From Eledone cirrhosa (taxonomy: Eukaryota), in NCBI GenBank assembly GCA_964016885.1, contig OZ024742.1, positions 272,738,001 to 272,802,000 on the forward strand: 64,000 nucleotides of DNA, read 5' to 3'. The notes beneath the pieces are model-generated. The model saw only the letters and a list, made by a program, of their open reading frames with translations, made no database searches and was not told the origin of the DNA. A program made the position numbers and the translations under genes. Numbering within the stretch: position 1 is the stretch's first letter; each line of letters opens with the position of its first letter. Positions 27,027 to 39,372 of this stretch are shown piece by piece.

Positions 27027-27299
27027 TACATGGAACTCCTTTAACCATCTTTTGATCTTATATTATGTATACTCCAGTCCTACAAACTGTAGAGTGCTTC
27101 TTATCCGATATCTGCATTGCTTTATTGTACTACAATAAAACTCACCTCCTACATATATACATATATATATATATATATGGGTATTTAACCAGTGCTTTTG
27201 TGAAGCCATGTGCATCAGAATAATCCACTCTTACAAGTTGCACAGCTGGTTAAATTCGTGTCATTGACAGGGGGCTTGGATTTTTCCAATATCCTCTAT

Positions 27300-28140
27300 T
27301 TAATGGAGGACGTTGTGTCATTATTTTCGAGGTTCTCCACATGCTCCGCGAGCTAATTGGCATTTTTTTAAAATTATTTTTTTTATCATGGTGACTGAAT
27401 GTAGTCTTGTGATAAAGAAACAGATTTTCAACCGGCTCTCAGACATTCAAACATAAGTTCATGCTTCAGTCTGGTGATTCTGGTTGGTGGAGATCGCTTC
27501 TGCTGGATACATTATTGTTGGAGTGCTGCAGTGTTGATCTAGGAGGCATGCCTCTGGCCATTTGCATAAGCATCAGTAAAATAAAAGTATTTTGTGTTTG
27601 TTGGTGATGTGGGATTTTATATTACTGGTACAAAAATAGTTTACTTTTAATGCATGGCGATTGAATATTTGTTTGTGGATGGTCCGTTTGTATAAAATAA
27701 AGTCGAGGAAGTTAACACTGGTGAGGTTGGTAGATATGGTAATTTTAGGCCTATGTTGTTGAACGCAATAATCGGGTTGTGTCGAGGTCATGGCCACTTT
27801 TATGGCTTGATAAATCCAATTAGTCACCATGATATGGGCCCGTATAGAAGTCAGGGAATTTCTTACGTAGTATGTCTAAGATAAAAAGGGTCACCAAATC
27901 GATTATATCAGCATGCTCAAATGGTGCCATTGGCACATCGATTATGTTATTGGTAGTGGATTTCGTTATCTAGGGGTCCTCATTATTAATGAGGAGGGTT
28001 TTCCTACAGTCAGATATCACTAGTCGGTCTAACTAGTACATGTGATGGGACCGGTATATTTTTCAGGAAGTAGTCAATATGTCGGCGGTCCATTTTCACG
28101 ATGTGTCGGGTACTCGCATATATATAAACAACTTTTAGAC
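27300..28140 (-). pseudogene. Penelope-like element RT fragment, heavily decayed
   Basis: Minus-strand translations resemble PLE RT: IDVPMAPFEHADIIDLVTLFIL (compare FDVPMGS..AEICELVGLFIL), KITISTNLTSVNFLD, KQIFNRHALKVNY. Confidence 0.65.
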
Positions 28141-28605
28141 ACTCTGACAAAAATCATACCATTCTGCTCGCTTACCATGTGTGGAACTTAAAGAGGAGGA
28201 GAGTGGAGATATCCATCTCTTATGTCAATGGGAGGAAATGGGGTCACCACTGTACCTGGCTTCAGAGGAACCCTGCTAAAAGGCCCGCCTTGGCTGCTTT
28301 AGTCGCTGTCCTCACGAAGCAAAATCATTCCAAAAAATAATATAGACCGGATTAACTGAATTATTTGTTTCGACTTTTCAACTTTAATCTTCCACAACAC
28401 GAGCTTCCCACTTTTGGGGCATTTATAGTTATATCCGTTTAATTTCATGAACATTATTTTATATTGATAGATAATTTCAAGATTTCCTGCACTTAGAAAC
28501 CACACCTATATTTTCTAAAAATTCATAAAACGTTTCTGGGGATAGCCACCTTTGTTTATATAACAGGTTGAATGAGATGGGGTGTATAAACCCACGAAAC
28601 ATATT

Positions 28606-28642
<37 letters not shown>

Positions 28643-28644
<2 letters not shown>

Positions 28645-29050
28645 GGTGGCTGCCAACTCGTTTTCGAGTACGGCCATTACTTTATATCCATGTAGGAGAA
28701 CCCCTACCGATGCGCTGAACGAGTGTGACTTTTTAGTCCAGCCAGCGACTTGAAAACTCTGGTACAAACAGTACACTTGTGTCAATTACTGACACATAGT
28801 GCAGGGCCCATGGTACCATGTGACGACAAGTGCAGAGAGATCTCCAGATATAAAGCAATGCCTGTGCCGTGAAGCTTTTATAGTGAGCAAAGGCACTGCA
28901 CAAAGCCAGTCCCACTCTCTTAACCAAGATGATATTTACCAAAAAGAAGAACAAGTCAACATCATTGGATACCATCAGGGTTGCGGGTGTTATATCAGAG
29001 TTTTCCTTCTCCTAGAATTCTGCCTTGACAAAGGCTAAGGGGTCATCTTG
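28643..29050 (-). repeat. Repeat of about 410 bp, inverted partner of 24052-24458
   Basis: Direct sequence comparison; bounded by (TA)n. Confidence 0.9.
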
Positions 29051-29244
29051 TATATATATATATATATATACAAGAAAATAGTTAGGACCAGACGGCAGTG
29101 CTCAAGCCGTTTCGATATATATATCCAGGGAGTGTAACTTGGAGTTACTGTAGGTTCAATCGGTGAGCACTCGATATTTAGGTTCACTTCAGTGTCGAGG
29201 TGTAGAGCTAGGTAGAGTGTATTATAGTAAAATAAAAAAAAAAA

Positions 29245-31760
29245 GAACGATTGGTTATTCCTTCATAACGTTTATTGGTTGCTGACGCGCGTTTCGACAC
29301 TGATCAGCTAAAGGTTCGATCTGTATCGATCTAGCCCGAGTCTGTAATCCGCGGTTCGTCAGATACCTTATAATGGTAATGGAAACATGATTATCCATGG
29401 CGTATGAGAAAGTCTGATGTTCCTCTGGTGCTCAGTGAAATTTGTTTTGATTGGTAGGTTCATTCAGAGAAATGTCTTTGATTGTAGTGTATGTGGTGGT
29501 GGGGGTGATAAGTTGGTGGTGTTGGGCGTAGGTTAATGTGCGTGGCGGTGTAGGGGTGTTGATTGTCGCTATACGGTTTGGCACGTAGATGGCACGTGAG
29601 TTTAACGCTGCTAAACCCACCCAGACATTAGAAACGGAAATAGACTATGACACCCACTTAGAATAAATAACAAGCAAAGACCACCATTAGCCGACAGGAC
29701 AGGCAGCGATACATACAACTGCCAAGGAGATAACTCCGAATATCGCATACGCCTACGTAGTAATAGAGACCCTAGACTAAACGGCAATAGAATAGCAGGA
29801 ACTCCCATGACAAATACGCAGACATCTACCTAGCCACACATCTACCTAGCCACAACAACCGCACTAAACTCAGCAAAGCCAGGAGCAGACCCGTGACATG
29901 GTACTTCGCCCCGTACTCTATACACATTGCCACTAATATACCGGAAATCTTCTTCAGAGCTCTTGACCAATCCTTCCCACACACACATAAATGCCACAAG
30001 CTCTTTAATAGGCACACCGTCAAATTCTCTTTCTTCACAATAGGCGGCACGATAGCATACACAAATAGGAAAAAATAGGCAAACACATGCAAGCACCACA
30101 ACTAACCATTAGCACAACCAAAACAACACCGGAGGAGAGACAACACATACAACAAGAAACTACGTGCTAGCTCCATACAGAATCCGAACAAAGGGCAACT
30201 TAACAACAAACCCGTAACCACCAACTGCAACAGCAACAAGCGGGAGGAATGCTTATTAAACGGGGATTGCCTCGTTAAAACATTATTTACCAGTGCGATG
30301 TCACAGCCGGCCGAAAAGAGTAATCCTACATAGGGGTGACCTCGACTACGTTTAAAGAGTGTTGGTATAACCACAAAAGTTCTTTCATCCACAGGCCCAA
30401 ACCAGACTGGCGGACTTGAACTGGAACCTCAAAGACAAGAACATGGAATACCAGATCAAATGTTCCGTTACGAGATACTTGGTCCAACTCCCCAATGACA
30501 GAAACCAATGCTGGTTATGTTTGACCGTGGCAGCCGAGATCATTAAGTTGAAATCGGCCATAAACTCCAGATCAGAGATAAAAACAAATTGCAGACACAC
30601 CAGAAGAACACATTCTCCGCACAGACATTCGGCCATGGGCCAACGAACTCAACTCATATTGATTTCGTTGGCCCATGGCTCGAACTCAATATAGGGATAA
30701 TCACCCTTGCCTTATCACATCGTCCCTCATCTCAGTACCATTGTTTCCTCTAACATGTAACCCATTGTAAGATTCGATCTTGTAAATGCCATGTCGCACT
30801 CATCCCCCCACCACCACCACCACCACCAAACATATCTCCATAGATCCGCAACCATCAACATCCCAAACACCTTCTCCGCCCAGACATTCGACCATGTGCC
30901 AATGACAAACTCTAGCTCGAAGTCAACATAGGGATAATCACCAATACCTTACCACACCATCTCTCATTTTAGTACCCTTGTTTTCCTTGTCAGTTTTTAA
31001 TGTGTAACCAATTGTAACATTCGTCCCTGTAAATATCATGTCACACCCATCACCCCCACCACCACCACCAAACACATCGCCATACATTCACAACAATCAG
31101 CCTCACTAACACATACCACACCTAACATCCCACCCTAAACACCGCATGTGTGTGTGTTTGTGTGTACGTATGTTTGTACACTCGCCCATACCACGTATCC
31201 CCACTGGATATATATATATACACATGTGTATGTATATAATATGTCTGTCTGGCTGCGTGTATATATGTATCTATGTGGTTTTACATGCACTCTGATCATT
31301 AACTCCTTTTAAAATAAGCCCCCTTAACAATCAACTACCACACATATCTCTCCACACTAAACACAGCAACCTTTCATTCAGTATCATAAACCGGAACACC
31401 ACCACACCTACATCAGACACAAAAATCAGCCACATCTACATGCCAAACCATCTAGTGACAATCAACACCCCTACATCGTCACCCACTTCAACCTACGTCC
31501 AGCACCACATACACTACAGGCAAAAACATCCCTCTGAATGAAACTACCATTCAAAACAAATTTCACTGACCACCATAAGAACATCAGTCTTTCTCATATG
31601 TCATGTATAATCATTGTTCCATTACCATTATAAGGGATCTGACGAGCCGCGGATTTACGAGTCAGGCTCGATCGATACAGATCGAACCTTGAGCTGATGA
31701 GTGGCGAAACGCGCGTCATCAACCAATAAACGTAATGAAGGTGTAACCACTCGTTCTAAA
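29245..31760 (+). mobile_element. Penelope-like element 3' part (GIY-YIG region) between inverted pLTR-like repeats
   Basis: HKCHKLFNRHTVKFSF, CNSNKREECLLNGDCL, WYNHKSSF, WNLKDKNMEYQIKCSV...CWLCL are typical of PLE GIY-YIG ends. 29245-29520 is the reverse complement of about 31480-31756. Confidence 0.8.
31689..31722 (+). ncRNA. Minimal type I hammerhead motif in the PLE pLTR
   Basis: uugag-CUGAUGA-g ugg c-GAAA-CGCGCG-UC-aucaa. Palindromic stem III ACGCGCGU, 1-bp stem II, first stem I pair mismatched. The inverted copy near 29275-29310 has CUGAUCA. Confidence 0.55.
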
Positions 31761-32106
31761 TCGAAATAAATGTTGTCTAGATCAGGTGCGCAAACAAAAA
31801 AATTTGGAATATTGCATACCAAATATTTTTCTCGGCGTATTCCTTGGAAATTGTGCCATGACCACTTTAAATAGATTATTTGATAAAGGTTATGTTACAA
31901 TTCCCAAGATCACGGCGTATGTACTTATAATACTGATGAAGTACACAATTTTAATAAGTAATGCATGCGATTGAAAAAGGAATTTACAGTCAGCACGTGT
32001 AGACATATAATGTAGAGAAACATTTGTTAAAGAATGAATTCTCAACAAATTTTTCCATCTGATCATTTCGTCCTGCCTAGTTATTCCTGCTTTTCCTGGT
32101 ACCATA

Positions 32107-32160
<54 letters not shown>

Positions 32161-32379
32161 TATATATTATGAAGAGAGTAGAAACATTAGATATAATTAG
32201 TAATAAGATATATCATAATAAAATATATCATAAGCTGCTTCTATAGTCCCCGACTACGTAGTTTCGTGGCATATTACGCAAAACACTACATCATAGAGAT
32301 ATAGAGTTTTTGTGAGGTTCTGCCGACTTATCAAGAGGATACCTTATTAAAAGTAGAATGACGTATATATATATATATA

Positions 32380-32559
32380 ATTGTTTCTACGTTTGGCACA
32401 AGGCCAGCAATTACCCAGTGCATCACTGGTCCTTTAATTTATCGACCCCGTAAGGATGAAAAGCAAGGTTAACCTCGGCGGGATTTGAACTCAGAATGGC
32501 AAGGGCCGTAACTCTATACGTCAAAGCATGGCGTCCGACCCTCTACCGATACTGCCAAT
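32380..32559 (-). mobile_element. tRNA-derived SINE copy
   Basis: Reverse complement of the SINE consensus, including A and B boxes. Confidence 0.85.
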
Positions 32560-33020
32560 AAACACATCAAACAATTACAGGGGATTATTTTTTTTTAAAA
32601 CCACTTTTGCTTTTCGCCGTTATTCCCTAATTTTCTTTATGTGTGTAATCACAAATAGTTAAATCTCCTTTGCGCCAAGATCGAAGATTTGACATTTATG
32701 CTTCACCGATTAATGGTGAAATATATTTCTTCAATGGAATATATACAAAGAAGATTAATCATTATTGCAAGGTATCTATATTCAAGGTTCTTGTTAAGTT
32801 TGAATGTTACCTCCATAACTATGTGCGTTTACACTCTTTACAAATTATCCTCTGTAATTGTTTGATGTGTTAATTATATATATATATGTCATTCAACTTT
32901 TAATTTAACATTAATAAATGCTCGCATTCACTACTTGGAATATTTGAGCTTATTCCACGGGTGGTGTTGTGCATGCTTCTGATATTCTCAGACATATCAT
33001 CTTTAATCTAATTTTGATTG

Positions 33021-33127
<107 letters not shown>

Positions 33128-33143
33128 ATATATAAATATGTAT

Positions 33144-33202
<59 letters not shown>

Positions 33203-33203
<1 letters not shown>

Positions 33204-33654
33204 TAGCGTAGGTACCCGGCGTTGTTCGGGTATTAAATAGCAGTTATGTATACCATTTATGTCAATGCTTCAGTAGTGCTTCGAAAACTATACCTTTCCA
33301 AAATCATCGGCTTTTTCCAAAAGGAGGTACCTGCACCCAGGGGTTCCCTACTCAATATGTGCCAATTCTGAGAGTTCACATTTATCTTTAGAACAAACGT
33401 AGCCCATGTGTCAAGTTTTGTGAAAATCGGTTGCGAACTCCAGAATTTACGACGTTTAGTTGCATTGACTGCAGTGCCTCAGTCGACTCCAAGGAAGTGG
33501 TTAAAGGGGCTTATCTGCCGGGAGACCCTATAATCAATATCTGGAAAAATGAAAGTGCCCATAACCATCCGGAGTACATAAGTAACCTATGTCTTAAGTT
33601 TGGTGAAAATACTGTAGAAATGCATAAGATTTACACACACACGCGCGCGTTTGT

Positions 33655-33690
<36 letters not shown>

Positions 33691-34358
33691 ATTTGTGTGT
33701 ACGTATGTATATGTATGTGTATGTCCGTCGGCGCATACGTATGTACTGGCCTAAATCTTCACTATTTACTTTTACTATTTTAAGGTAAAGTTAAAATCCC
33801 GTCGAGGTTCACTTTGCCTTTCATCCTTGCGGGGTCGATAAAATAAAGTACCAGTAATGTACTGGTTATTGCTGGCCTTGTGCCCAAAGTAGAAACAACC
33901 ATTTTAATAACCTCTGTAATTTTCGTTTACAATTTTATTTACATCATTCTTAAATTCCGGTGCTGGACATCATTCGGTTATTTTAAATAGAATATTAGTC
34001 TAACGACTCCATTTACACCATAAACTTGGTCTTGTCTTTGCATGAAATTGTTCTTCTCGGGCCACATAACGACGTATTATCCTCGCTTTTTTTTCGTTCA
34101 TTGCTAGGGAACGTCTTCACGAACCAAAATATCGTCTTCCCGTTTTCCTTCGGTTGCAACGTTTCTCGAAATATTTAATTCTGCGTTCACAGATTGAAAT
34201 TTTAATTTCAGAAGACCCCGTTAATGTTGAAAGCAGCGATTCTTTGCTTAAACTTTCTTTCTCAAACCCTCTCCCTTTTTTATCATACCCTCTCTCTCTC
34301 ACATTCATAGCCCCCCTCTCTCTCTTCCTCTACAGAATCGAGAACAATAAAGAACGCG

Positions 34359-34413
<55 letters not shown>

Positions 34414-34887
34414 GTCTTTATATATATATGGGTTTGTGTGTGTGTGGTGAACCAGCGTTCGTCGCCATTCTCTCTCTCTGTCTCTCTATCTGCTTATCTC
34501 GTACCTTTCTCTGTATAACTACCTATCTCACACTCTCTCTCTCTCTACATCTCCCTTTCTCTCTTTAGATGTATATATATATATATGTGTGTGTGTGTGT
34601 GATATATATATAAGAGAGAGTTGCAACATTTATGTAGTTTCATTGATTTTTTTGGGGTAGTAGTGAGAGTGAATAAGCGTGTAAGAGTGAGGGTTACAGC
34701 ATGTATTTAGTTTTATCGATTTTTTTCATAGAAGCAGGACATTTTTGGAAAAGTTTATTACGCGGTGACCATCCTTGGTAAATTTGGAGCACATTGGAAA
34801 AAATCATCAAAACCTGTAGAGAAATGTGGAAATGCATAAAAATCATACACACAGACATACATACATCTTCCGTTTTATATATATAGA
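33203..34887 (-). mobile_element. Non-autonomous Helitron (termini recognisable; interior interrupted or composite)
   Basis: Minus-strand 3' CTAG|T at 33203-33206, preceded by hairpin tacccggcgttgttcgggta (33213-33232). 5' A|TCTATATATATAAAACGGAAG at 34887. Confidence 0.6.
33785..33900 (+). mobile_element. SINE 3' half
   Basis: aaatcccgtcgaggttcactttgcctttcatcc...gtagaaacaa. Confidence 0.75.
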
Positions 34888-35287
34888 TATATATATACTA
34901 TATAAATGGCAATTTCTGTCTGTCTGTGTATCTATGTATAACCAGTTGGCGCCTACACCAGTGATTCGATCATGAAGAAACATTTTACACACAAGTTAAG
35001 CTAATATTCAGAAACAGGACTCTCTAAATGGATTTCAATAACAATAATGGGAAACTTGGGGACATGTTGACAATGGAGGAGGAAAAAGAAGACGTTTCAG
35101 TGAGAGAGGGGGAAGAGGAGATACTACTACTGTATGTTAAAACCGCCCTCACTACTACCCTTCCTCCTCCCACAACTCAGTCTTCCAAAATAAGCCAACA
35201 ACTTATTAGAAATATACATATATGCATAAATAAATTTAGGACAAAGCAGACATCTATCTAATTTTGGTTGAAGACTGAACAGATGTC

Positions 35288-35365
<78 letters not shown>

Positions 35366-35368
<3 letters not shown>

Positions 35369-35560
35369 CGAAGGAGTTGTAGTAAGTAACTAGATGGACC
35401 ATAACGCACCAGAGTACTCACTAATTAGGGTAGTAAAGTGGGTGATAGGAAAATGTATGACTCCGACGGAAGAGCTCAAGCCGTTTCGATGGCTATTTCT
35501 GGAGTCCAGAAATAGCCGTCGAAGCTGCTTGAGCTCTGCCGTCGGGGTCATATATTTTCG

Positions 35561-35637
<77 letters not shown>

Positions 35638-36487
35638 ATAACACATCGACTGATATGGATTCTGAACGCGTCCACGCGCTCAAGTCACATTAAGATCAAC
35701 TGCAGGAATCGGTGATAAGTTACAGAAACGTGTGATGATCAATGACCTGGAAGTTGGCTTACCATGAGATTAGTTCAAAGAATAAAACGGGAATCGTATG
35801 TTGATGAATATTCGTACTCCCGGCATGTTAATTGTAACATGCCGTCTTTGAGAGAAGAGTTTATTTTGTCAATATTTCGAGGTGTCAGATCGTTTGAAGA
35901 GTAACACAAGTTAAGAAGATGTAACGTCACCCACATTATTAACACTTAGAAATAGTGAACAGTATAAGGCCCTCCTTAGGGCCAACATTTCTGATTATTT
36001 ATCCGACTTATTATGGTGTGTTTTCTCCGGTTATGTCTACTATAGGGGGAAAACGAGATGGTTTTATTGAATTGCTTCAGTCGTTCGAAAGGCTTTACAA
36101 ACGGTGATATACACGGTACTTCAGCAGTACCTGAATATGTTAACTCGGTTATAATTTCTTCAATAATTGCGATTAATTCCTCAATTGTTCTGTGTTTGTT
36201 CTTGAGCGCTAAGGCAGTAAGTTTTCTATTATTATACATAAGTTTGTTGAATAACTTCGATACTCTTCCAGCTCGAACTTCCCCGGCTTATTCACTCTGA
36301 ATGAAGAAAGCTGGATGGAAGAAGGACTGATAGTTCCACACAAAAAATTGATCTGCGATGAACACACCTAGCACAGTTTGCTATGGAAAACCCATTATGG
36401 TCACCCAAGGTCACTAGCATTTTCAGGCGCACTCTGGGAACTACAAATAACCCAACCTTTCCCGGGTTTAACTGGGTACTGCCCCTA

Positions 36488-36554
<67 letters not shown>

Positions 36555-37200
36555 CGAAGGAGGTGTGGTAAGGAACCAGATGGACCATAACGCACCACAG
36601 TACTCAGTACTTAGAGTAGTAGAGTGGGTAACAGGAACATGTTTGACCCCGACGACAGCACTTTTGACAGCTCATAAAAACTGAAGCTAATATCGATCAA
36701 AACAAAGGTGATATACAAAATAACAAATGTCTCACTTTGAATGTGTAACGAAATAACTTTGACAATAGACAGATAAACAACCATCCGGTTACTAAACTAA
36801 CCAACTGGAGGTAAAAATCAACGGTAGATCTGAACTAAGCCAGCACACTTCTGGCTTACTTCGGATCCAGCTGTCGAAACGGCCGGAGCTGAACCGTCAG
36901 GATCCTGACACTTTTCCTATTACCCATTCTACTACGCAGAGTATCGAGTACTCTGGTACGTTGTGGTCCACACATTCTTACCACACATTCTCTATTCTTT
37001 AGCTCCTACTTCCGTAGTGGAGCACTCTTCGACCCATACCACACTCAAATCCCGACAATCCGCTGGCTTATTTCGGATCTAGCCGTCGAAACGGCCGGCG
37101 CTCAGCCGTCGGTGTCCTAATTGTTCCTTTTACCCACTCTACTACCCTATATATCGAGTTCGTTATGGTCCACCTGGTATCTTACCACACATTATTTGTT
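35366..37200. repeat. Four partial copies of a pLTR-like repeat (two forward, two reverse) and an imperfect palindrome of about 84 bp
   Basis: ataacgaaggag...gatggaccataacgcacca.agtactca at 35366 and 36551; reverse copies at about 36890-36990 and 37100-37200; hairpin at 35462-35545. Confidence 0.65.
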
Positions 37201-37211
37201 CTAAATAATAT

Positions 37212-37249
<38 letters not shown>

Positions 37250-38424
37250 ATTATAATAAATTTGAAGACTAAAATCCAAAGAGGGATCGATAAGGATAAA
37301 TATATATCAAATATATAAGAACCCTGGAGCAAGTATTTATTAAAATAACAGATTAAAGTTTAAGCAAAAATCGCTGCTTTCACCCTTAACGAGATTTTCT
37401 GAAACTAAAAAGTGAATATGTGTAAATATTTCAAAAAACATTCCAACCGAAGGGAAACAGGAAGACGATACTTTGGTTCGTGAAGACGTCCCCGGGCAAT
37501 AAACGGAAAAAAGCGAAGATAATACTTCATTATGTGAATCGGTGAGAACAATTAAAGCAAAGACAAAACCATGCTTATGGTATAAATGAAGTCGTTGACT
37601 AATATTCTATTCAGGAAACCGAATGATTCTCGGCTTCAAAGTTAAGAATAATGTAAATAAATTAGTAGAACGAACATGACAGAGGTTATTGTATTCAACA
37701 ATAATTAAATATATACATACACGCATCCATATACGTACATACCTCTGCATACGCGAAAACAACCGCCATGGTATGCATATACAAGCACATACACATAGGC
37801 ACGCGCATACATACAAAAACCCGCGCGATACCTGTACCAGCACACATACAAACGTATACACCAAATACACATAAAAATATGTGTGTGTGTGTGCGTGTAT
37901 ACATATAATTATATAAACGTACATAAATATACACACATAAATACGTATATAACGCATGCACACACAGGTAAATACACATATGTTCACTAAACGAACGTCA
38001 ACCAAAACACGAAGTACACATATACACACCTTACATACGTCCAAACCCGCATACACACACAAACACAAAGTACACATAACCATATACATACGTAACAGTA
38101 TATATAATATAATATATACACCTATAACAAATACAAGCAAATATACGTACCAGAAAGTATACGTACCTTAACAAAACATACGGGTAATGTATACTTACCT
38201 ATACACATGAGTAATGGTATAAACATAAATTATACTTAGCTACCATATCATGCAAATGAATACGATTTCGAAATACTGATTTGATTTGTTTTATCGGAGA
38301 TTTCAATTCCCACTATTTTGTATCGTCGTGGTAAGTAGGCTCTTCAGAAAAAAAAGGTTACATTTATGTAGGGCAATAGTAATACATATATACATGTCTA
38401 TCTATCTGTCTATCTATCTATCTG

Positions 38425-39172
38425 CCTGTTCGAGAAAGGCTCTACAGACACGGGCGCCCCGGTAGGGACCCCTCGAAAAAGATCTGTCCCAGATGCGTGT
38501 GCGACGAGGAAACCGTTGCACACGCATTGGTACACTGCTCGGGCATTGCCGATCTGTGGGGCTATGTCGAACAACTGCTGTCAAGGGTGGGACCGATCCG
38601 GTTGACCACCGAGTCTATTGTAACGATCAAGCCGCCTCCCCTATTCAAAAACGAACGAGAGGCGGTTTTTCTGTGCGTAATAGCTATGGCGACAGAGTTT
38701 GTATAGTGGACGTGTCTGAAAGGACTGAGGTCAGACACCTTTCTCTCTGGCCAACAACTGGTCCGTTTCTTCCGATATCATTTCGGAAGAAGGATCAGGT
38801 TGGAGAGAGAGGTGCTGCACCCCAGCCGTTTTTATGAAAGATGGGGGAAAGTGGCGAGAATGGCCCGTGTGAATGGGCCTTCACTCTACATCAGACTATA
38901 GGTGAGGAAGATGAAAGATCAAGGGAGCACCCCCTGTCTGTGCTCCTGAGGAGAAAGGTTGCACACTTTTTTTCGGGGGTGTGTGCGACCCCCCAAGGCG
39001 CCTCCTCCCTATTGAGGATTTTGTTACTAAATTTATTTTTGTTATATTTTATTTTATTTTTATATCTTGTTATTTCCTCCTCCTTATTGAGGATGCCTTT
39101 TCATGTAAACTACCCTCATTGTACTTTACTTGTCCCACTTTTTGATGCCCTGGTGGCAAATAAAAAGAAAGT
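38425..39172 (+). mobile_element. Tx1 LINE 3' fragment (copy D), nearly identical to the 3' end of copy F
   Basis: CPRCVCDEETVAHALVHC knuckle, 3' UTR and AATAAA, then (TCTA)n; also preceded by (TCTA)n. Confidence 0.9.
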
Positions 39173-39202
39173 TATCTATCTATCTATCTATCTATCTATG
39201 TA

Positions 39203-39342
39203 ATGTCTCCCCCTATTGGGGAAAATCGACTAATTTTTAAATTGCATTTGTGATAATAGTTTACACGTTTTTATTGTAAGTAAACTTCCCCCTTTATATT
39301 TGTCCCCTTCTTTTGTGCCCCTGTGGCTAATAAAGAAACAAA
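39203..39342 (+). mobile_element. Short Tx1-like 3' UTR fragment between (TCTA)n tracts
   Basis: Ends in gtgcccctgtggctaataaagaaac, like the other Tx1 3' ends (ggc.aataaagaa). Confidence 0.65.
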
Positions 39343-39372
39343 TCTATATATCTATCTGTCTATTTATCTATC

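Larger units (their letters stand above)
26739..27066. repeat. Long palindrome (arms about 151 bp, apparently perfect) starting at a (TA)n tract
   Basis: 26739-26889 is the reverse complement of 26916-27066; the spacer is short and partly pairing. Confidence 0.95.
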
